Positions 39,732 to 52,699 of a stretch of DNA of 64,000 nucleotides are shown here, piece after piece. This DNA is from Lama guanicoe (lineage: Eukaryota). Position 1 is the stretch's first letter. The number at the start of each line of letters is the position of its first letter. A program made the translations under genes and the position numbers. The stretch spans positions 8,651,095 to 8,715,094 of the forward strand of contig MU054391.1 of NCBI GenBank assembly GCA_013239625.1. Direction: 5' to 3'. Below the pieces are notes generated by a model. That model saw nothing but the letters and a program-made list of their open reading frames with translations, did no database searches and was not told where the DNA came from.

Positions 39732-40545
39732 AACAAAAAGACAACAACCCACTTTCAAAATGGGAAAAAAGATTAGACTTTTTTCTAAAGAATATAAACA
39801 AATGGCATGTAGACACGTGAAAGGTGCTCAGTATCATGTTATAAAGGGAATGCAAATAAAAAACACAATTAGATACCACTTCACACTCACTAGCATTGCT
39901 ATAACTAAATAGATAGACAATAATAATTTTTTTTGATAATGTGGAAAAATTGGAACCCATGTATATTTTTTGGTTGCAGTATAAAATAGTATATCAGTTT
40001 CTCAAAAGTTTATGTACAGAATTTCCATATGACCCAGCAATTCCATTCTTAAGTATATGCTCTGGAGAAACTACATGAACACACAAAGATTTGTATATAA
40101 ATATTTCTAGCAGTCTTATTCATAAAAGCCAAAAAAATGGAATCAACTCAAATCTTTATCAACTGACAAATGCATAAATAAAATGTAGTGTATTTAAACA
40201 GTAGAATATTATTTGGTAACAAAGATCAATGAAGTACTGATGCAGGCTAAAACATGGGTAAAAACCTGAAAACATTAGAATAAGCAAAAGAACCAACTCA
40301 TAGAAGACCATATATTATATTATTTCATTTATATTAAATGTTCAGAATAGTCAAATATATATGCAGAGAAAGTTGATTATTGGTTGCACGATATTTGGTG
40401 TATGTGATGTGAAGTAAGTGCAAATGGTACAGGCTTTCTTTTGGGAAGATGCAATGTTCTAAACTCAGATTAAGTGATGGTTGCACACTCTATGTAAATA
40501 CTAAAAACATTAAGTATGCAATTTAAGCGGGTGAATTTAAAGTTT
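39732..40545 (+). mobile_element. L1MB/L1MC 3' end (ORF2 C-terminus and 3'UTR)
   Basis: 'gggaatgcaaataaaaaacacaattagataccacttcacactcactag' and 'ccatatgacccagcaattccattcttaagtatat'. Confidence 0.85.
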
Positions 40546-41920
40546 TGATATCAGTGTCAGTCCAAATAGAGAATATAAATAAAGAGAAATTATTTTTTTA
40601 AAAAAGCAAGTTAAAATTCTGGAGTTTTAAAATAAAATAAGTGAAATGAAAAATTCACTAGAGGAGCTCAACAGAAGAGTTAATTGGTAGAAAAAAGAAC
40701 CAGTGAACTTGACAATAGGTTGAAAGAGAGCGTGTAATTTAAAAACTAGGAGAACAACAGAATTAAGAAAAATGTACAAATCATCACATAAAGATAAGAC
40801 ACCATTCACCTCAACAAATATAAGCCTAATGGGACCAGAGTAAGAGGAGAGGACAAAAAGAGCAGGAAAAAAGTCAAATTATGGCTAAATTTTTACCAAA
40901 TTTGATCTTTTAAAAACATTAGCTTATACATTCAAGACACTCAACAAACTCCAAGTGAGATAAACAAAAAAAAAGATGCATTATAGTAAAAATGCTAAAA
41001 GCAAAGACTATGAGAAAATTTTGAAAGAAGAAAGAGATCAAAGAATTGTCATACGTATACAAATCGCAACAAGATGAAGAACTGGCTTCTCATGAGAAAA
41101 AGTGAAGTCCAGAAAGCAGTGGGGTGGCATATTCGAAGTGCCAAAAGGACAAAAAACCAAAACCAAAACAAAAACAACAACTTGTCAATCAATTTTTATA
41201 TAGTAAAACTAACTTTTGGAAACAAGACACAATAAAAACATTACTTGATAAATGAAAGTCAAGATAATTCATTGCTAGCAAACCAACTTGGAAGAAATAC
41301 TAAAGGGCATCTTTAGATAGAAAACAGTAGCTAAAATGCACATTAAAAATATAGACATTGATGAAATTAACCATGTAATTAGAAGTGATGGTAAAAATGT
41401 GTATTTCCTGTTTCTCTTTTCATTGATTTTGAAAGCAATTGTATAAAATACTATGTATATAATTTATTATTTAATGACAATAGACTTGGAGAACTTGTAC
41501 TTTCGCATTCCAAACTTGCTAAAATTATAAAGCATTAAGTACAGTAATATCAACAAATGGATAGACTTCATAGTACAAAAATAACTCCATACATCTGTGG
41601 TCAATTTATTTCAACAAGCATATCAAGAAAATTCAGCGTGGAAACACAGTCTTTTCAAATAATTAGGCTATGATAACTCAGTATCTACATTCAGTGTAAT
41701 GAAGTCTATTGCCTTCCTTACACCATATATAAAATTTAACTCAAAATAGACCAAACGTCTCATTGTGAGAGCTAAAATTTAAATTCTTAGAGGAAAATAT
41801 AGGCGTAAATCTTCATGACCTCACAGTAAGGAATAGTTTCTTCTCTATGACACCAAAAACACAAGCAACAAAAGAAAAAAAACGGATTAATTAGACTTCA
41901 TCAAAATACAAAACTTTCAA
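40546..41920 (+). mobile_element. L1M fragments: ORF1 region (~40546-41480) then an ORF2 piece (~41510-41920)
   Basis: 'gaaatgaaaaattcactagaggagctcaacag' is ORF1. 'ttacaccatatataaaatttaactcaaaatagacc..gacttcatcaaaatacaaaactt' is ORF2. Confidence 0.8.
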
Positions 41921-43484
41921 TTTCCCTGGGGCATTTTTAAATGAATCCCCTTTATATGTAAAGAATCTGTGAGGTAACTGAGTGTATTTGTTACAAATCA
42001 GTGGTTAACACTGAGTCACGGGTGAATCCCAAAAGAACCAGTTTTGTATACAGAAATGAAGCATTATAAATCCAAGACCTTGAGGAAATTCATTTTAAAT
42101 AAAAAGAAAAAAAATTAAAGGTCAAAGAATTTGGTAACAAAGTTTAACCCTGAGTTTTAAGAATTCAAAAGTTTATGCTTCCTACAGCTTAAAAACGAAT
42201 AATTACAATTCAATAGGAGGAATTAAAGCATGGTCTATAATTTATTATAGGAGCCTAGATGAAGATAGAGAGTTTAACTTTTCCTGAAAGTAGACAGGGA
42301 ACTTCACCCTGATGTCACATGAGCTTCAGCGCCCTTTGCATAGACATTACCCCACCACAATGCTTTTAGAACTATCAATGTTTTTAAACATGCATTTGAG
42401 AGAAAGAAAACTATTTTCCCATCAGGAAAAACAGGTATTTCAATTATAATTTATCCTTGGGGTCTGCTTATTAAACTTTGTTGAAATCCTGAAGGGAGTA
42501 TTAATTCAGCAGCTCTAATTTATACATTGGTGAACTTTATCCCTTTAATTGGTCCGCTAATAGCATTCATTTTAAGCTTGGAGAAAATTAGAGCTGAATG
42601 TGTAAAGCTTATATACAAGGAATCCAAGTTTTCTGGAGGTGAAGTGACTATCATTCAGAGGAGGAAGTGGCATAAAATACAATAAACTCTGTGCCTTAGA
42701 AAGAATAAACCATTTCCCTTAAGGTTTTGGATGTGCCTGTTTCCGTGGGGATGAGCAGAATATTTCAAATTGTCTTTCCAAATCAGGATGGAGAACATGC
42801 TTTCTTCCATGCCCCTTTTCAGTCTTCATACATTTTTCTGGTATTTTGAGAAATTTTTAGTGACTTTATCCCCTGATGACCTGATTATTATCCTCTTGTA
42901 GTAAACTTCTTCCCCCAAATTTTATTTTTGTTCTATTTTATAATAATCCCTTAAGGTTCATATTATTTATAGTTTTGCAGTTATTTGTTTTGCCATATCC
43001 TTAAAACAAAAACAAACAAAAACCCCTGAAGGTCAGAGAAGCAAATGTTAATCATCTTTATACAAGTATGTTGAAATGTCATTACTCTTTACCTGGTACA
43101 CAGTTTTGCCATAAGCAAGGCACTTAATGCTATATGTTCATATTTTACTTGACTCTGAAAATAAACTTAGAAGTTTGATACTACTGTTATGTTCACTTTA
43201 GGAAACAGTAAACCAAGAATCTTTCAAGATAAGTTATAAATCTATGTTTCTATAGCTAAGTGGCAAAGTTGGGAATCTAAGCCAGGTATGCAAAATCCAG
43301 AATCAAGCAGGCAAAACATCTATGTCCTAGTACCTTTAGCTTTAAGTGCAGCATGGATTCCTAATTCTTATTCCATAGAAACTCTTACTGATTGCACAAG
43401 TGTAATTTAACGAACTAGACGAATAAGATACTTACAAATAAGTAAGAGTGCAAATACTATAATTAAGTAACATGGGACATGAGT

Positions 43485-43925
43485 GTTTTTACAGCTTTAC
43501 TGAGATTTAATTCACATGCCATTCACATGTTTAACTCATTTAAAATTTATAATTAATGGTGTTTAGTGTGCAATCACCACTATAGTTTAATTTTACAATT
43601 TATTTGTTACCCCCAAAAGAAAACCCTTACCATTAGCAATTATTCTCCATTTCCCTATCCCTAGGAGGCCATTAATCTCTTTACTGTTTCTATTTGGACA
43701 TTTTCCTACTCTGATCATTTTATACAAATGGAATCATACAATGTGTGGTCTTTTGTGATTGGATTCTTTCACTTAGCATTAAGTGTTCAGGGTTCATTTA
43801 TGCTGTACCATGTATCACTATATTACTTTTAATTGCCCAATAATATTCCACCATGGGGTGCCATAATTTGTTTATGCATTCATTAGCTGATGGACACGTG
43901 TTGTTTGTACTCTCAGGCTATGAAA
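43485..43925 (-). mobile_element. L1MB-type 3'UTR
   Basis: 'ttacagctttactgagatttaattcacatgcc..atacaaatggaatcatacaatgtgtggtcttttgtga'. Confidence 0.8.
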
Positions 43926-44376
43926 TAAGACACCAGTCTAACGGCAAACATCGTAATTAAGCAATCTGAAACATTGATTTTTAGCTTTGTCACAATATAG
44001 ACTGGTTACTTTTAGGGTTCCTGCCAAATCTAGTAGCCTATGGATCTACATTTTTTTAATAGAATAAAGAAAACCCTAAAATAATTAAATCCTTTAATTG
44101 AATATTTTATTTATACCAGAAAGTATGTGTATTGCTAAGGTTTATAAGAATAGGCAAGTGGATTTTCTTCTTGTTCCATCAAAATGCTATGCAAGCAACA
44201 AGATAAAGAATTCAGAATATGAGTGATATTTTTGCTCAAAATAGATTAAAAATATTTTGAATATTATAGAATGTGTCACAAAGCTGAAATACTACCCTGG
44301 TAAATTCTAAACACTTTAACAGTTTTGACATAGAATTTTAGATCTTTAACTTCCTATGGAAAGGATGCAGTTTTAC

Positions 44377-45290
44377 TGTGTTAATCTGCTCAGGATGCTG
44401 AAACAAAACACCACAGACCAGGTGGCTTATAAATCACAGTCATTTGTTGTTTGCCGTCTGGAGTCTGGAAGTCCAAGATCAAGGTCCTGGCAGACTCTGC
44501 TTGGTGAGGGCCCACTTCCTGGTTCAGACATGCTGTGTCCTCACACGGCAGAAGGGATGAGGAAGCTCGCTGGAGTCTGTTCCATAACGGTGCTAATCTC
44601 ATTCATGGGGGCCCCACCCCATGACCTAAACACTTCTTAAAAGCTCCACCATCGAATATTGTCACACTGGGGATTAGGATTTCAACATATACATTTAGGA
44701 GGAACACAAACATTCCGTTTACAGCGTTTTACCACTGTTCGCCCCAAATCCATGTCCTTATCACATGCAATGTACATTCACTGCGTCCCAGCAACCTCAA
44801 AAGTCAACTGGTTCAAGCATCAATTTTAAAGTTAAAATTTAAAATCCAAAGTCTCATCTAAATAGCAACTAAATCAGACGCGGATGAGATTCAGACTATG
44901 ATTCATCTGAGGCAAATCGCTCTTCAGCTCTAAACGTGTGAAAGCAAACAAGTGATATGTTTCCAAAATACCATGGTGGCAAAGGATAGACGTTTCATTC
45001 TAAAAAGGGAACCTAAGGAAGAATAAAGGAGTCTGGCCCCATGTAACCGACTACAAGGCAAACACTGTGAGCTCTAAGGCTGGAGAGTCATCCTCTTTTT
45101 CTACTCTGCCTCCAGACCCACTAGCGTGGATGGAGGTCGCACCTCCTGGACCCGCTGGGGTAGGGACTCCACTTTCTTTTCAGACCCACTGAGGTGGCAG
45201 TCCTGCCCCCGCAGGGGTTGGACAGGCAGGGATTTGACTGGGTCCCCAGCACTCCAGACATCCCCACCCTCATGGCTGTGGGCACGACAG
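44377..45290 (-). mobile_element. MaLR MLT1A-type LTR (44377-~44725) with attached internal sequence
   Basis: The LTR reads 'ccacagaccaggtggcttataa..tctggagtctggaagtccaagatcaagg..cactggggattaggatttcaacata'. It continues into MaLR-int, 'ccccaaatccatgtccttatcacatgcaa..tccaaagtctcatc'. Confidence 0.85.
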
Positions 45291-47726
45291 CACTTATCCC
45301 GAGTGGAAAGTGGGTATGAGTTCACATATCTAGTTTGCATCTTCAGGAGAATCTGGGGTTTTTTTCCCCTGCCTATCATTCATTATGCCTTTTTCGATCA
45401 GAGCACACTGTTTTTTTCCTTTGAGTAACCGTGTTTCTATCTATTTCTGCTAGAGCTAATGTCACCTGCTGCTTCTGGTATGGCTTATTAGAATGATAGT
45501 GAATAAAACGGGGATGTTCCAATGGTCAAATCGCCAATTCTAAGCTAGTATAATATAAACCCAAAGGTGTTGTTAGTGGTCATCTTTGTCACAGATAGGC
45601 AGAACCTGCCTGACAACATAACCAAACTAGGAAAAGTCAGAATAAATTCCTGTGGCATCAGTTGAGCAGCCCAATTCAAATCTGCAAGGGACCAGTCTAG
45701 CACTAGACTTCGAATGTCTTCTAGGGAAGCCAGTAACCCTTTCCATCTTGCCTAAAGAATTTTCCACTTGTTTCTTTCACTTTCATTAAGAGGAGTCCTT
45801 ACTTCTGAACAATGTCAAATCCATACCCAAATGTTTGGATGCCCAGATCCTTAGCTCTGTGTTTTGCTTCTATATCATGGTACCTCAGACTACTGGACTC
45901 ACCTCATGATTGTCAGAATGAGATAGAATCAGCATAAATAAAAACAGTGGGGTTTTTTTACTTAACAAAGACTTAGAGTATAAATGCTAGGGAAAGAAAT
46001 TTCACTTGTCCAGAGTTTCTTAGACGTAAAAATAACAAAATTTGTATATTTTTATCCTGTCTCTAATAGGAACATTCAAATAGTCCATTAGAGCCCCAGC
46101 TTTATTTTAATGAACTTTAATGAGTCACTGATGCAGTCCAACAGTGCACAATAAATGCCAAAAATGTTTGTGCCTTCTAAATTCCTATTAAATTTATGCC
46201 TACATATCTAATTCCCAGGTTTCTGAAACAATATTTCTATTTTTAATGTGCACAGTTTCACATTCAAATGAAATCCAAGGAACTAAAATATGAAGCTTTT
46301 AAAACGAGATTTAAGGATATGTAAAAATCAGATTGCGAATTTTAAATGGAAGTATTATTTTCATCTTAAAATCCTCACTTAATCAGATTTAATTTGCTAC
46401 AAAGTACATAGTCATTAAACTATATTAAGATGAGTCATAAGACTCTTCAGACTAATGGAGATTTTATAGATAATGTTGCAGAAATGGAAGAAAAAAACAC
46501 TTGGAAAGTGGAGGGGAGAGAGCATGATTTTTACATTAAAATTGTTCCTTAGATGTAACCCTCTACAAAAATAATAATATTTTATATCAAGTTCAGATAA
46601 TGTCCATCTTTTATTATACATAAATTTTGAAGAAAATAATTTTTTTTGACCTGACTAAATAATTTTCCATATTCAATATAAAACTTTAATTCTGAAATAA
46701 GTAAAAATGTTCTAGAAAATTATATTTATTAAGTAATTTATTGTTATCCCACCTCCTCTACACTGAATTTGAATTAAATTCAATGTAATATTAATAAATT
46801 TTCCTTTAAAAAGAGGGAAAAAGTGAAAATTAAGGGTGCTCTAGAAATCCCCAAATCCCTACTGAAATGAGCCACAGGTTCTGATGTGAGAAGTTTGGAT
46901 TCATTCCTTTAATTTTCTTGAAGATACTTTTCAGGTGTCAAATCTGTTCATTAGGTGGGTGAAGGGAGGTGAAGGTTAAGGGCACAGTAGAGATGCTGTT
47001 ACTATTCATTAAGATGTTTTATCTTCAAATAAAAGGGATTCAATATAAAAGAGTACTACCGGCAGTGAAAGCTTTACAGAAACATTGGGAGACATATGGA
47101 AAGACGGGTCTCTGTCCCTTAAGGATGACCTTCAGATTTCTGAGCTCTGTAGAGCCTCGGCTACTCTTTTTAAAGTTCATTTCATGAATGCTTATTGGAT
47201 GGCATTGCTAGGAAGGGCTGTAGACAAGCGTGGTGCATAAAGATGACTGGGACACAGACCTTTCTCTCATGTCCACGGTTACTAGGAGTTACAAGGAGTT
47301 AAATCGCTATATACAAAGGAAAAGGACTTGAAATTATATGGTATAGACATGACATTCTGAACACAAAAAAACTTAAAGAATATATTCTGCTATTGAGAAA
47401 TAAAAAGGTGGAGGTCTCATAATTCTATGTAGTTGAAACCAGAGTTCTAAAACTTATTTGACAGCAGTGCTATTTCTTTCCCATTATCCCTATTAACACC
47501 TGACAAAAATGTGCTCTTTAGACACATTTTAGAAAAAGATGTGTGAGAATTGTGGTTCTCCAAATGGGCTGATCAGCAGAAACACCCAGGGATATTCCAT
47601 GCCCTACTGTGGAGATGTTGATTCAGTGTTTTACTGTGTCTTTGGCAGGAACATAGTATTTGTATTAAAAATAATAAGTGAAAGAAAAAAATAAAAGGAC
47701 AAGAGAAGGCAAAAAGAGAAAAATTA

Positions 47727-48034
47727 CAGGCATTTCAGCGATATTTGGGGGTTCCATTTCAGACCACTGCAGTAAAGTGAGTATCTCAATAAAGCAAGTC
47801 ACACAAATTTCTTGGTTTCCCAGTGTGCATAAAAGTTATGTTTGCACCGTACTGTAGCTTATTGTGTAATAGCATTACGTTTAAAAAAAGTGTCCCTTAA
47901 TTAAAAAATACTTTATGCTAAAAAGTGCTAATCATCGTTTGACAACATAAGGTTGCCACAAATCTTCAATTTATGAAAACGGCAACTCCTAGGAAGCTCA
48001 GTAAAGCAAAGTGCAATTAAACGGGGAGATCCTG
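47727..48034 (-). mobile_element. Internally deleted Tigger1 MITE (Tigger1a_Art-like)
   Basis: It is bounded by TA|caggcat...cctg|TA. Both Tigger1 termini are joined in ~308 bp. Confidence 0.82.
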
Positions 48035-48036
48035 TA

Positions 48037-48385
48037 CGACCCTCCCTTGAGATCCATGGGGGATTGATTCCAGCACCCTTACAAGATACCAAAGTCCAGC
48101 AATGCTCAAGTCCTTTATATAAAATGGCATTGTATTTGTATGTAACCTTATGCACACCCTCCTGCATATTTTAAATCATCTCTAGATTACTCATGATACC
48201 TAATACAATTTAAATGCTATGTAGAACATTGTAAATGCAATGTAAAAGCTGTGCAGGTTGTTGCCTGCACGTGGTAAATTCTAATGTTGCTTTTTCAAAC
48301 ATTCAGAATTTATCTGACTGTTTTTGACCCACGGTTGGTTGAACCTGCAGAAAAAAACCCCACAGATACAAAGCGTCGGCTATGA
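48037..48385 (+). mobile_element. MER2B TcMar-Tigger MITE
   Basis: 'atccatgggggattgattccag..gataccaaa..atgctcaagtcctttatataaaatggc..tttaaatcatctctagattac'. Confidence 0.88.
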
Positions 48386-48399
48386 TAAAGCATGGCCAT

Positions 48400-49080
48400 G
48401 TTTGGGAACTAAGACAAATTGAAAATTATGTAAGGAAGACTGACATGTGATCTAAGACTGGCTGGGCTGAAATCTTGAAGAGCCTTAGATATCACAAACC
48501 ATAAAATTTAATCAGCAAGCAATTAAAAAGCATGGTTTAGCAAGGTGTAATGTAATTACATTGTTCTTTAGAATGACTGCTCTGGTAATAACAAGACACG
48601 AGAAGGGGGGAAACCTATTTTAAAAATCCAGATACATAGTTTTGGCCGTGGGATGATCCTATGGAAACTGGAAAGAGTGAAGGCCGGAAGCAGTTCTGAG
48701 GAGGAATCGTTAAAATGAATGATTTGGATTTGAGGGATCATGGAAGAGATTTTAATGGTCACTGGAGTCTTTGGCATAAGATGAAAAGTGAAAAGAGATA
48801 AAAGAGATAAAAATTTCAGGTTTTTTTGAGAAATGTTAATAGTCATTAGCATTAATGGGGGGCTTACTGTATGCCAATTACTGTCCTAAATGCTTTACAC
48901 ATATGAAATCATTTAATCTTCAAGAGCTGCCCTGTGATGTAAGTACTATTATTATTTCCAAACCATCAATGAAGAAAATCAGTACAAAGGGGTTTAGTAA
49001 TTCACTTGCTACCAGAAGTTATTAAGCGGCAGAAACAAGTATTGAGACTCACTTAGAGAATACATGCTACACGCTCCACT
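48400..49080 (-). mobile_element. L2 fragment with MIR (~48840-49080)
   Basis: 'gaatgactgctctgg..' and 'gcttactgtatgccaattactgtcctaaatgctttacacat'. Confidence 0.55.
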
Positions 49081-49687
49081 GATGCTGACTCAACGGCCTG
49101 TTGCCTTTCAAAAAACAGTTGCCACTTCACCTCTACTTCTTTGAAATATATGAGACCATCTAAAGTAACAATTTTACCTATGTATTTTTTGTTTTTAATA
49201 TAGATAAATGCAATGCTTATAAAAATAATAATTTATATTTGGCAAGAAGGAAATGGTGATATATTTTACTGGCACTAAGCCAATATAAAGCTAAAGTTGA
49301 TTATGATAAATTAGGATGTAAATTGTAAACTCTAGAAAAATTTTAAAAAACAGTATGAAAATAAAGAGATGGGAAATGGATGAGATTTCATTGTATTATA
49401 ATAAATTCTTTACAGACAATAGCAAATGCACCTATTGATATTATGTGACAGATAGACTTTTGCTCTATCTTTGGAAACTCTATGACACTTACAGATTAAA
49501 TAGAAATGTTCTTATCAGCATGTCTCTCACAGTATTAAAAAAAAGACAAACAAAAAGCCCAAAATATACTAATTAGAAATATTGTTGTTACTTGGTGTAA
49601 CGTATACAACTGATTGATTCAATCTTTTGTTTTTTTATTAGGGGAGTCTGGTGTCTTCCAAGTCAGTAACAGCCTCCTGCACCCCCA

Positions 49688-49698
49688 ACACACACACA

Positions 49699-49734
<36 letters not shown>
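49688..49734. repeat. (AC)n microsatellite
   Basis: Read directly from the sequence. Confidence 0.95.
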
Positions 49735-49735
<1 letters not shown>

Positions 49736-50357
49736 CCCCCTATAAATGAGTCAAACATAAATTACCCAAGTTCAGTTTTAATTACTGAAATAACATTTGG
49801 CATTTGACTGCATATGGAAAATAATAGTTCATACATACATGTAATCATTCTAACTGCAGTCCTGATAGTTATGGAATATATGACATCTATGGTATTTCAT
49901 TCTCATGTCTTCTGTGTTTTAGGGGAGTCTGGCGTTTATTTATATACACTTTGGAGAAGGAGGTCTTCATATATCTTATCTGATGAAAAAGGTTCACCAG
50001 GAAGCAGAAAAAAACTTGATGGAGCAGAAAAGCACCCTATTGTTAAAAAAATTGTTTAAAAATTACTATAAAAGGAAAATTAATATATTTCTAGATAAAT
50101 CGATGATGCATGCTTATTTCTTTAACCTTGAGTCAAAATCTTCTTAGAAGCAACTGCCCTTTATCAAGGTCATTCTAGGTCTGAGTTCTGTGTCTATGAA
50201 CTCAGGATTAGACACCCTTTCTTATGTTATAAATATGTTTATAATTTTCCACTGCCATGGTCACTCTAAGTACACACTTGAGGTTGTTCCAAGGGGAAGG
50301 TGGATGCACATCGCTAGATCTTACATTCTAGTATATCATGCACCATCTTTGTTATAT

Positions 50358-50809
50358 TGTGAAGGAAAAGCCGGGCTGGTCTAACAAGATAACTCACAAG
50401 TCTAGGAATGTGAAGGAGAGTCTGGGCTGGGCTAACAAGTCTAAGTATTGGAATACTGATCTGAATTCTGCTAGACTAACTTGTAAATCTAAGTTAATTA
50501 GTGTTGGTTTGCTGTTTATGTTTTTTGCTAAACAGCTGGATTTTCAAAGATACATATCTGGCTTTGGAATGTTGGTTTGCTGCCTCCCCGCCTCCACTTT
50601 TGTGATGATAATGCTGCTAAAGCTGTTCCATGCCTATTGGCCGAATACCCCAAGCTTGTACTTTACCCTATAAAACCTCATGTGCACATCTTGAAGGTGC
50701 TCAGAGCTTCGGAGCAGAAGCCCCTCTGAGCCCGCCGGCGTAATACATCTGAGTACTCCAACCCTCCGAGTGGTGCTTGTTTCTTGACTGGCCTGTCGTT
50801 TCCGTAACA
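50358..50809 (+). mobile_element. Solo ERV LTR, 452 bp (class I / ERV1-like)
   Basis: TGT...ACA termini with a 4-bp TSD ATAT (50354-50357 / 50810-50813). It has ATTGG at 50636-50640, TATAAAA at 50669-50675, a 31-bp U3 direct repeat and retained CpGs. Confidence 0.85.
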
Positions 50810-52424
50810 ATATGTGTTACATTTGTCCTAAGTTTAGATGACAACCGGTGTGAAGATGAGTGGAAGGTCTGTATTCAATTCTGATTGACAAGGGCAAAGG
50901 TGATTTATGTATTTCTTTCTAAATTATTCCCTTCTGTTCCTACATAATTCATGCTTTTAGAAGCCAAGTCATATATTCTTTATCTTAACTACATATCAAC
51001 TAGTAGTATCTCCTCCTTTAAAAGGAATACATTTAATATACAATTTATTAAAAGATGTGCTGTGACTTAAAGAAATGGATCAGTAACATCACTCCTGTCG
51101 ATTGAGGAGGAAGAGAAGTGAAGTACCCATTAGGAATGGATGGATAAACGTAAGTTAGATGAGTTGTGTATAAATTATTTCACAATTCCAGCATGTTTAG
51201 GAAATCCTCATGTGGTTTAGAGATGGGTTCTGAATTCAGGTAAACTTTACAAGCAAGCAAACATAACGGCTCGCATTTCTTCGGAGCTCTCTGCCTTTAC
51301 TTAGTTCCTCTTTTAGTGCGAGTAAGAAGCGTGTTATCAAATGCACTTAAGTGTGTATTACAATTTAGGCAATAATTTCAGAAAATGTAAGATGCCCACA
51401 TTAAAAAGGTTAGAAAAAATAAAATATCCAAAATATTATATGCTCTTTGCATATAATCTAAAACTTCTACTAACCTAACTTGTTCTGATAAATTTTACAT
51501 ACAATCTCTCATTTAATACAATAGCTTGCCATAGGCTTACAGTAAAAGGCGAAACAAAGATTTAAACCAGAATCTCATTCCAAAGGTCATACTTTATGCA
51601 AATTAGCATGCTTCCTGCAGTATGGGAAAGTATTTTCTCCTTCTTCTAAATTACTAATATGAAGGAAGAGAAAGGCAGCTGCTGCCCACCCCACTAATAT
51701 TGCTTTATTTATTCAAATCGATTATGCTCATCACTTTATCTGCATACACAGATGTGGAAGTCCCCACAGATACCTCAGTGTAGTAAGTTATTTGCTGTTG
51801 CTGTTTTTATATAGATAAGTGATCACACCTTGATAAATTAAAACCTGCTCCTGAGTGTTGTAAGCCAATGTTTGTAACAGCAGCGTTCATTTTGTCAATA
51901 GAATGCCATCATTCCCAGAGGGTGACTGGATGTAACGTAACAAAGCAACTGTAAAGATGGAGAAAGAGGGTGAATGTGAGAAGAAGGTGAGAGAAGCCAC
52001 ATGTATAGGGAGTGGCCAGTCTTGAAAAAAATGTCAAGAAAGAGCAGTAAGAGGTCGAGTCCCTGAAAGAATGGGAGGGGGTCAAATTTAAGGAACAGGG
52101 AAAGGTTTGGCTAAAGGCAGAAGGAAGAATTCCTTTTTCTTTTTCACAGGTAGGTAAAAGGTGCATCCCAGCAATTTCCTCCCCCTTCTCCAAAAGTAGG
52201 ATGCTCTCAGCAAATGGCTCAACTTAGTTGCTAATAAGTGTATCTTGATCCTCAGCTACTTTTATTTTCCTTCAACTCTCAGTTGATGAAATATCTTTCC
52301 TCCTCTACATCATCAAAGCCTCTCCTGTCACCTTCCCCCCATGCTTTTCCAGCTCTTCCGTCACCGCAGCACATTATCAGTCTCTTTTATTCTTTCCCCT
52401 GTATTTTCAACACGACCACTTCTA

Positions 52425-52600
52425 TGACTGATGTAGTTCAGGAGCTTAAAGTACAGACTCTGAGACCCAGCTGCCTGTATTCAAACCCTAATTCTACCAC
52501 TTACTGGGTGAGTGACCTGGGCCAAGTTACTTATCCTTCTGTGCCTCAATTTGCTTACCTATAAAATAAAGTTAATCTATTAAAGTTTTTAGAAAAATAA
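52425..52600 (+). mobile_element. MIR SINE
   Basis: 'ctgcctgtattcaaaccctaattctaccacttactgggtgagtgacctgggccaagttacttatccttctgtgcctcaattt'. Confidence 0.85.
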
Positions 52601-52699
52601 CTATTACATTATCAATCTCAACAAATATATTTTATTGTATCCTATCCATCAGCTTTCAAAACTTTTGTTACCCTAAAATTTACTAATAGAATTAATTCA

